Made by a program: the position numbers and the translations under genes
The notes under the pieces: model-generated
Database searches by the model: none
Seen by the model: the letters and a program-made list of their open reading frames with translations, nothing else
What the model was told of the DNA's origin: nothing
NCBI GenBank assembly: GCA_964035575.1
Contig: OZ037833.1
Coordinates: 1,178,001 to 1,242,000 of the forward strand
DNA from: Rhynchopus sp. YZ270_cl-10
Lineage: Eukaryota
DNA length: 64,000 bases
Direction: 5' to 3'
Part shown: positions 54,803 through 64,000 of the stretch, one piece after another
Numbering within the stretch: position 1 is the first letter of the stretch
Layout of the letters: every line of letters begins with the position of its first letter

Positions 54803-57484
54803 CACCTCATTTCTGCATACTACGTGGGTGGCAAGCCAACAAAAGGCGCGATTTTTATCCCTTCTTTTTGGCACACAGTAGGGGAGTCTCTCGCATCCAC
54901 TGTAGACTCACAGCAGAAAAAAAACTACAGCCTTACCACAACTACAAGACGGCAATACACGAGCCGCAATACTCACAGTATTCTGCAAGGATCGAAAACC
55001 ATTTTAAAACGTTGCACACAACGCCCCACAAAAGGATTGGCTCCGAGGGTACGTGTAGATTGCTAGAGGGTTCGCGTTAGTATAGGGTTGATGTGGCTGC
55101 GGTCGCGCTCTCGGGTGCAACTGCGGCCTCTGATTCTCGGCTAACACTGCCCTGGACGCGTCTACAATGAAGTACCAACTTGGAACTGTTACGAACAAAG
55201 GGGAGGGTGTAGATTGCTAGAGGGTTTGTCGTTAGTATAGGGTTGATGTGGTCTCTCGATGGGGTTTGTGGGCATCCACAAGCGTTGTGGAGGTGTACCG
55301 GCATTGCGTTGCGTTGTGTTGGAGGCGTTGAATCGTATAGGGCAACCGATGTTCGTGTGGGGGAGAGGGAGGGGAGGAGGAGGGAGGGGGAGAGGTAAGG
55401 TGTTCAAAGGGTGCGGGCAAAGGCGTACCTGAGCAGGCCGCTTGCAGTGTGGGGTGGAGGGGGGAGGGGGAGAGGGGGAGGGGAGGGGGGTAGTGTCACG
55501 TCCATGCACTGCACTGCTGATCTTGGGTTTGTACTTCATGGTTGGTCCTGTGCGAAGTGTTTGGGGTATATGGGAACACAGCGCTCGTTGTGGTTGACAG
55601 TTGGGATGCCTTTTTGTAGGACAGTCCTTATCCCACAAAGTGTCCAGATGTTCTGTGGGCGTGAGGGGCTATGGTTCGTTGTATCCCTCGCCCACAGTCC
55701 CCATCGGTCCGTGGTGGAAGGCCATGTGTACGTTCATGTTGGGTAGATGGGGAGGGGAGGGCTGGGGCAAAAACCGCGGAAGCTACACCGTGCACTGTGT
55801 GAAGGAATGGCACGATGTGTTCCAGGCGATGTGGACACGTCTTGCTGTGTGCCTTGCAGCGTGCACACCCTCTGGGTAGCTGGGTGCGAGACAGACCTGC
55901 TGAGGCGCACCGCCTTGCGTTGGCACGTCACGGTCGCACGGGGCAACCGATGTTCGTGTGGCGGGAGAAGAGGGAGGGGACACGGCATACATGAGCCTTC
56001 CGCTTGCTACCTGGGAAGAGGACCATGTGGAGGGAGGGGGTGTGTAGTGGGGTTCTTTTATGCCTGTCCATGCACTGCACTGCACTGCTGACCTTGGGTT
56101 TATACTTCATGGTTGGTCCTGTGCGAAGCATATGTGCAGAAGGGTGCAAACAGCACACCATTGCGCGGGAAGAACAGCACGTCGACGGGAGGGGAGGGGA
56201 GGGCTGGGGGCATAGGCTACACAGAAGCTACACCGTGCACTGCGCAAGGGATGACGCCAGACGTGCGGGACGTTCCACCTTCTGCCAAAGCTGTGTGCCC
56301 CGATGCCTCCACGTGGATAGGGTCTTGCTGTGTGCACACCCCCCTGGGTAGGTCCTTGCGTAGGCACGTCACCATCTCACAGGACACCGATGTTTCGTAT
56401 GGCAGAGGGAGGACACGACACATCTGAGCAGAAGAGGGAGCTCTGAGCTGGCAGGACACTGTGCACGATACACAACATTTGGACGGACCTGGATCATGGG
56501 TTCAGGAGGGTGGGGTTCTTTGTCTTCCCAGAACAGGCCACGCAGACACTCTAGCGTGCACGCCTGGCTTTTGCCGTTTCGGGTGGCTTAGCACCACAAC
56601 GGGGACGCCCCAAGCGAGAGGGCGGGCTTCCGAAGCGTTAGCACACAAACACCATTCCAACGCCCCATCCTTTCCTGACGTTGCTGTGCAAGGAAAAACC
56701 CCCAACAGTGTGCCAGGCAAGCCTTCCTCGGGGAACGCCTTCATCCTATCAGGGAACAGTGTTGTCCTGTTGGTCGGGTTTGGGGGGGGGGGGGGGGGGT
56801 GGGGTAACGTGTATCTATGGGTGACTGGTCTCTGGATTAGGGTGGGGGTTGTTCTCGATGCTGTGACTCGGAAGGCAGAATGCAGAGTGGCTATGGGTGG
56901 TACAGGTGGTGTGTAGGGCTTGCCTTACCATTGCCTTTACAAGGTGACTAAGTATGCGAGGCTTAGGTTCATCTCCCAACGTTTCCCCCCCCCCCTTTCA
57001 TGCCCTCATGTGTCGAGGTTGCACTAAAGACGAGGAACAGATGTGGGTCGCTTCCCTCAGAAACATGCTGCAAAATGTGGTGCAGATGTCCTCAAGGCCC
57101 TCTTTGAGACCCGATATTGTCTGTTGTCGTTTCCTATCATGGTAAGGCGTGAGTTTTGAGCCTTCACGGGGGGGTGGGTCTATGATATGTGCATCTGAAT
57201 ATGCAGTGCACTGTCATATGCTGTGTTTTGCTCTTTCTGTGTGGTGTCTAGTTGAGTGCAGAGGACGTGATGTGATGGGTTTTTATGCGACAGAGGTGCG
57301 CGGGGTCTTTTGGGGTGGGCCAAGAGGAAGAGAGGAAGGGACAGAGGGGGAAATGGTGGCAGTATTGCGTTGGTAGCGTATGTTGTGTGTCAGGGTTGCA
57401 CAGCGTGGTGATGGGCATTCTGCATGATGCAGAGGAAAGGCAGGCCATCAGGGTTGTGGGGGTGGGGGTCAAATAGCCGTCATA

Positions 57485-57683
57485 CACGGTGGACTCTTTC
57501 TGGAAAAGGGCAACTTAAAAAGAGGGCAACGAGAGGGAGTCCCGACTTCCCCAAGCGGGAGTGCCAACTCCCACTATCGGGAGTCTCGACTCTCCCTTTC
57601 ACTCCCGAAAGGGGGGAGTTGATACTACCCCCTTTTTGGAACTCCGGGATATAGTTGCCCTTTTCCAGAAAGAGTCCACCGTG
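57485..57683. mobile_element. 199-bp MITE, ~31-bp perfect TIRs, TA TSD
   Basis: TA|CACGGTGGACTCTTTCTGGAAAAGGGCAACT...AGTTGCCCTTTTCCAGAAAGAGTCCACCGTG|TA. Confidence 0.9.
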
Positions 57684-59237
57684 TAGTCATAGTCCCGTTG
57701 TTTTTCTGTATGGGTGTCGTCCACAAAGGCAGTTAGTTTTAGCAGGGTCCTAGGTATAGTATACGGAAAATGTGTAACACATTTTCCGTTAAATCCGGGG
57801 GTTTTTTTTTGGGGGTAGTACCCAGGTGCACCCCAAAAAATAATCCCAGAAACCGTGGGTCCCTCCTACACTCACTCACAACAGAATTTTTTGCTACCCA
57901 AAAAAATCTCAATTTCCCATACGAAAATGCTCGCATTCAGAAGGAAAAAGAAGCATGCATCATAGCGAAAGAAAAAAAAGTAGCGTACCGTGCGCCTGCG
58001 GCGCAAGCTTACAACAACCCTTCCCATGACATAGTTTGGCTGTAAAAAAAGTGCAATTTTAAGCGTATTTTTTGGAAATGTTGCGTACCGTGGCTTCGCC
58101 AGGAACTTGGGGCGAACCTATATAGGCCCCCCGCTCCCGAACAAAGAATACAAAGTGTATCTTTGTGTCGCTTTTCTAGTCGACTGTCACAGATCATCAT
58201 CATCATCATTATCATAGGGGTGAGGTTCGGGTGCACGATTCTTTCGTGCCACACATTCTTGGATGATCACCCCGAGGAGATTGTCCGGCAGTTCGTTGGG
58301 AATCGGGTTATCCCTCTCCATTATGCGAAGGATGTCCTCGACTTGACATTACGTATGGGTAGCATCCATTTTTTGGGGCTGTTGTGGGGTAGGAATTTTC
58401 CGCGCGCAGCGCGAAATTTTTTTTTTCAAAACACATTTTCCGTTTCCCTTTTTTTTTGGACCTAGAACCCTGACTTTTCTCTCTCTCTCTCTTTTTTTTT
58501 TATTTCAAATAGAACGATGGTTTTGGCTGAGGCCCCGAGTTAGGCTGAGGCCTGGCACGAACGGTTCCAGGCATTTTGCTAACCATCGTTCCATCGTTCC
58601 GGCGGTTTGGCGTTTTTTTTTTTTTTTTTTTTTTTTCTCATCGTCAGGCATGGGGGGTGAAACATCTTTTCAGATGATGTGGAATCTTATCATCTTTTTC
58701 ACATCGTGTCACGTCGTGAAAAAAAGGAAAAAAAAAAAAAAAAAAAAAAAGTGCTCGCACACGATCTGCAGCAGTTCTACTCAATATTTTTTCAGATGAG
58801 TCACCACCACGGTTCGCACGGATCGCGATCCGTCAACTGCGGTACTTTTCCGGGAAAAACAAAAAAAAAAAAAAGTGGGGTGCGCACGGGGGTCGCGCTA
58901 CGCCCCTACCGACTACCGTAGATTTTTGACGATTTTGCTCGGTACGTTTTTCCTTACTAAAACCAGAGAATCTCATATTTCATAGTAAGAGTATTTCGGA
59001 GTGTTTTTGGACACACATGTGACCCCACCGTGGAGAGCAATCGGCTCGCGCAATCCAAAGAAAGCAGAGAAAAAGGAAAAAGAAAAAAGACAAAAGTTGG
59101 GTACCGTGCGCCTGCGGCGCTACTGTGTTCCCACTCAAAGCACCACAATTTCATCTGAAGTTAGGTTTTCAAACCTGAAAACCCCTTGTTTACGAGTATG
59201 GGTTCATATTTTGCAAAAATTTTAATTATATACTCTA

Positions 59238-59372
59238 GGGAAATATTGAAGCTATATTTACCTGAGGGGGGTGTCAACCACCAAGGGTTCGGATTTACCG
59301 AGCCGAAGGCGAGGTAAATCCGCACCCGAGGTGGTTGACACCCCCCGAAGGGAAATATCTTCAATATTTCCC
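59238..59372. repeat. ~135-nt imperfect palindrome centred on GCCGAAGGC
   Basis: GGGAAATATTGAAG...GGGGGGTGTCAACCACC...CGGATTTACC pairs with GGTAAATCCG...GGTGGTTGACACCCCCC...CTTCAATATTTCCC. Confidence 0.85.
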
Positions 59373-60666
59373 AAGAGTTTGTAATTTTATTTCCCAAAAT
59401 AAAGTGCCAAAAGCCAAATTGCTTAGGAGATTGTAACCCTTGCGTGCTGTTGGTTGATGGGTGTGTGGGGAGGTGAATGGTGGTGGTAAACAAAAACTTT
59501 TTGGTCGTCGCCTCCTTCTTTTACGAACCCTTAGGAGGAGAGTGCCCAAACGGGGGGAAAGCCACCTGCAGCTTCTCCCTGTTTTCGTGTTCATGTGTGT
59601 AGTTAAGCCTACTGAACACATACCGCATGGTGTTTGGTTTATACTCCTTCTCCTAGGCTTGTTCACAGAAGTGTACTTTGGTGTAACCCTAGATGGTCAA
59701 AACACCCGATTTTTGCGGGTTTTTGCATTTTTTGGTGCCCAAAAACCCAACGCAGGGGTCGAATTTTTCCCGGATTTTTTTTCTGCCGAGATTTTTTTTT
59801 GATTTTTTGACAAGGCGTTGGCCCATACATTTTGACAGGTATAGGTGGATTTTTGTACAGAAAATGACCGGGGAATAAATTTGTGATGCTCAAAACAGCC
59901 CAATTCTTGCTTTTTTTGATTTTTTGGTCCTAGAAGGGTGCCTAGGGTGTAGTGAGCAGTCACAAAAAACACTTGGGAAAAAAGAAAAAAAAAATTTTTT
60001 TTGCTATTTTGCGTATAATATTTTACCTACCCATTTTTGGCTGGGATCCCCGGCTATTTACTATATTTTACCTGCTCAAATTACTATATTTACCTGCTCC
60101 AATTTTTTACGTGTAATTTGGTCGGGGAAAATCTGAAAATAGCAGGGAAATACTGACACTTTACCGTCCCTGCCTCCTAAGCAATTTGGCTTGAGGCACT
60201 TTATTTCGGGGAATAAAAGTCAATAAAATTTTGTCCATTTTTCCAAAATGACCCCACCACTTTCTGCAATCGCGCCGAATCGGACGATGCGATCGACAAA
60301 AACGCGTGATCTGGACCCCAAAATTTTGGTCAAAATCACTGATCTGGGAACATGCTTGTTTTTGACCAAAGCAAAAAAAATTTCTTTGCCCTAAATCGGG
60401 CGTGGTAGGTGATACAATGGCTCAAAAAATCTAAAGAAAATCTCAGATTGACTTTTTCTGGAAAAAAATTTTCAAGTGAAAATTTCAGCCAAAAATACGG
60501 TCATTTTCACCTGATTTTTTTTTTTTTTTTTTTTCACGACGTTTTTTTTTTTTCACGATCAAGAAACGAAGTTGTGAGAGATTTCCGAAATTTTAGATCG
60601 TGATAAGATCTTTTACCCCCCATGGTCAGGGATTTTTCTAATTCTGGATTGGGATTGGGATTTCGG

Positions 60667-62480
60667 CAGGGTTTTATCCAGGGGGGGTACAGGGGGTACA
60701 TTGTACCCCCTGAGGATTTTTCCAGATTTTTTTTTGAAAAATGTACCCCCTGTCAGGGGGTACATTTTGTCTTTTGGGGGTACATAGGAGGGAGGTCCTA
60801 TATCACATGTGACCCCACCGTGGAGAGCAATTGGCTCGCTCGGTCAAAAGAACAGGGTTTTATCTCCTTATATGTTAGTGGTCCCTAGACCGGGTAAAAT
60901 ATAAAAAAAAATATTTACCCGGTCTGGCCAAAAAAAAAAACAAAATGATAAATCTTGGGGGTACCTCACACCAACCTCTAAGAGTGACCAGAACTGGCCT
61001 CATGAACAAAGTGACCCCGTCACAGCCAGAACGCGACTCAATTGGTCAAACGCCGAAGGAAAAGGAAGCATACAGCATGGCGAAAGGAAAAAAGTAGCGT
61101 ACCGTGCGCCTGCGGCGCCAGATTGCAAGCCACCCATGACATAATTTGGCTGTAAAATGTGCAATTTTAAGCGCAATTTGTTGAAAAATTTGCTTATTCC
61201 GCAAAGGTGGGGAACGTGAGATGATATGCAATATGCGAGTGAATGCAGCAGTTTTAACGGTTTGCCGGGACATGTTCGCCGGAGGCGAAAAAAATTTTTT
61301 GACCACTTTTTTGCCAGACCGGGTAGACCGGGTAAAATTTTAAAATGTTTTTTCAAGATAAAACCCTGCAAAAGAAGCCAGGGAAATAGCTCCATATACC
61401 GAATTATGCGACATCGCATAATTCTGGATTTTTGGGGGAAAAAAAAAAAAAAAAAGAGGGATTTTTGGGCACTTTTGGGGGCCCCTCGCCCGACCCCCAG
61501 ATCTCCCAAATGACTGGAATGATGGAATCTTAAAATTTTCGCTCGCTGCGTTTGCAGAGGTACCATACCCTTATTTTTTTTCGCCTGCGGCGCCATTTTC
61601 CTTTTTTGCTCCGCAAAAAAGGGTTTGTTGAGTGACTGTGTGGTTGTAAACCAGCATTTTTACACCGTACCCTATTTTTTTTTCGCCTGCGGCGCCATTT
61701 ATTTTTTTCCATACGGAAAGTGGAACGTAAGGTGCAAAACCAAGCTCCGTAATAAGGGATTACATTCCGTTGTTTTTTTGTTATCTCGCATTTTGACCTT
61801 TCGCCTCTCCACTCAGGGAGGCTTGCGCGAAGCGCGCAACGACCGCTTTCGACCGGGCAAAAAAATTTTTCGCTTTCGCATAATTCCTGATTTTGGAGGA
61901 AAACCAAGCTATTTCCCTGAAAAGAAGCCAAAAAAAAAAAAAAAGTTAGACAGTGTCCCCATGCTACCCCTCCACGACAAGAAACATGATGTCTAGTTGC
62001 TCAAAGTTTTTTGCGACTGGTACTCTAAGCAGACAATTGGTGTAATAGGTTTACCCGACAAAGTTACACCAAGGCTGTGGTCAGACGGTCTAAGAACAAA
62101 GTGAACGTGCAGATACCTCAGCTCTTGTCTCTTATCAGCCAGGACTGCGAAAACAGCGATAACAAGTTGCAGCGATAATGATTTCTCTTCCGTACTGAAG
62201 TTTGCGTGTGAGAAACACTCCCGTACGTAGCCGTGGCAGTTGAAGTTATGCCAATGGTAGGATCGATAAGTTCATGAGACGGGCAAATCGGAGAACCAAC
62301 TTCGGGACGGCTCATACGAAGCCGTGCGAGAACAATTTGAGAAGATCAGCGTAGTTTTTTCCCCGCAGGGGAAAAAAATTTTCTTCATTACATCAAGCAC
62401 TAGTAAAAATTTCATTTTTTTTTTGGGGGGGAAATGTACCCCCTGAGGCCCAAAAACCCAGAATCCTGGATAAAACCCTG
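60667..62480. mobile_element. hAT-like non-autonomous element
   Basis: CAGGGTTTTATCCAGG...CCTGGATAAAACCCTG; GATTTCGG on both flanks (2 extra nt on the right); possible decayed hAT dimerisation relic (ISLP...ACEK) near 62170-62220. Confidence 0.65.
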
Positions 62481-64000
62481 CTGATTTCGGGAAAATAAAA
62501 AAAATCCCTGAAAAAAAATCCCTGTTTTTCCCTACAGCAATTTCAGGTACATTCTACCCCACCCCACCCCCAGAGAGTTTCGCCTGTGGGATGCGATCGA
62601 TCAACGCGATCAAATAAAGCGAAAAAGGGGAAAAGGAAAAAAAAAAAAAGTTCCGGGTTTTTGAGGAAAAAATTGGCTCTGCAGGCGGTTGCTGTAGTTG
62701 TGGGTGCGGATGTTCGCGTCAGTTGCAGGCAAGCGTCCAGCATCAGAGACATTTGAGGTGGTGCACAAAAAGACGTGTCAATCGCATTCAATTATGAGGG
62801 TTGAAAGACGGAGGAGATCTCACATGTTGCGTACCGTGGCTTCGCCAGGAACCTTTGGGTGCCATGACCGCCGTTTCTTTCATAAATGTACCGAGGTTAC
62901 TGATAAGGCTGACACACACTACGTATTGTGGTTCACCCCTCCCCACCTGCCTTTTGTGCATCAGAGGGGAGAAAGCGCCACGCCTCCCTGCACTGGCAGG
63001 GAGTCGCGCGCGCGAAGCGCACGCAGCGACCGCTTTTACGGGGGGAAAGCTCGGGACCCCAAATCACCCCCGGCGAGAGCCCTGACGACATAGCGGGAAA
63101 ATTTTTTTTCCCCCCACAAAAAAGTCAAAAAACAGCCCAAAAACTACACCAAAAAAACAGGGAATTTTTTGGATTGGGATTTCGGAATTTGGCCAAAAAG
63201 GGACGGATTTAGAGATATCCTTGCTCATCGTTCCATCGTTACAGGGGAAAAAGGTAGCATCATTCTGGGGTGGCCCGGGGGTACGGCGAAGTGTCGTTTT
63301 CTGGTTTTTCGGAGAAAATCACAAACAAGTCACAACAGAATGAAAAAGAATTTTGTCATTTTTTGTGATTTTATTTGAAAACTTGGTTGTATCAGTGTAG
63401 TCACTCGAGGATGCACTCCACATAGTAGACTAAACACTTCTACGGGATACCTGAGTGGCACCATTCCATCATTTGCGAGGCCATGTGGGCAGCCAATCCG
63501 ATGTTGGGCGGCGGCGGCTTGGTCTTACGCGCCTTGAGAGGCGACTCAAAAAAAGTAGCGTACCGTGCGCCTGCGGCGCAAATTTGCAACCCATCCTTCC
63601 CATGACATAGTTTGGCAGTAAAAATGCGCAATTTTAAGCGCATTTTTTTTTTCTTCTTGAAATGTTGCGTACCGTGGCTTCGCTAGAAACTTCCGTTTTA
63701 GCACGGAAGTAAAATTTGCGGAAACTGACGTTAATTACCAACGACAGTGCCATTTTACGGCAACATTTTTTAGAAATGTTGCGTACCGTGGCTTCGCCAG
63801 GAGCCTTTAGATGCCATGACCCGCCGTTTCTTTTATAGACGTGCTGGGGTTACTGATAAGACGGCTGACACCCACCACAGCTTGTGGTTCACCCTCCCCA
63901 CCCGCCTTTCACGGTTTTGTGCATCAGAGGGGAGAAAGAGCCTCACCTTCTTGCACTGGCAAGGAGTCGCGCTCGCGAAGCGCTCACAGCGACCGCTTTT

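Noticed and set aside
55050..56460. Cluster of short ORFs as a gene
   Set aside because: Degenerate direct duplications (~150 bp and ~550 bp periods) with no coherent reading frame.

Overview
Eukaryotic nuclear DNA, probably from a protist. The intronless, same-strand host genes, the DECxxxPCG EGF-repeat surface protein and the PPTxAP linkers suggest a diplonemid-like euglenozoan, but that is inference. The window opens with a 3.75-kb 14-bp satellite. A largely intact endogenous Polinton-like dsDNA virus begins exactly at 3751 (AGTAAT...). It encodes a fibre-like protein, a Zn-finger protein, a protein-primed PolB, double jelly-roll major and minor capsid proteins, an rve integrase, an adenovirus pX-like core protein, an adenain protease, a PLA2 and an A32-type packaging ATPase. 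Notable signals in the virus are: (i) the protease N-terminus is reachable only by a -1 frameshift at A_AAA_AAA-stop; (ii) an identical 24-bp hairpin lies at both convergent gene junctions; (iii) divergent start codons are only 17-20 bp apart, with AAATG contexts; (iv) the fibre gene is split by a 1010-bp TA-TSD transposon; (v) no right TIR is visible, but an intron-containing NTPase gene follows and the satellite resumes at 20522 with a 6-bp CGCGTC duplication. The rest is host DNA: S53 peptidase, EGF-repeat membrane protein, Frag1/DRAM protein, PEX11-like protein, a secreted WD40 protein, many nested non-autonomous DNA transposons, and a dispersed, strand-biased ~45-nt hairpin element. All family calls come from motif recognition by eye; no searches were run.
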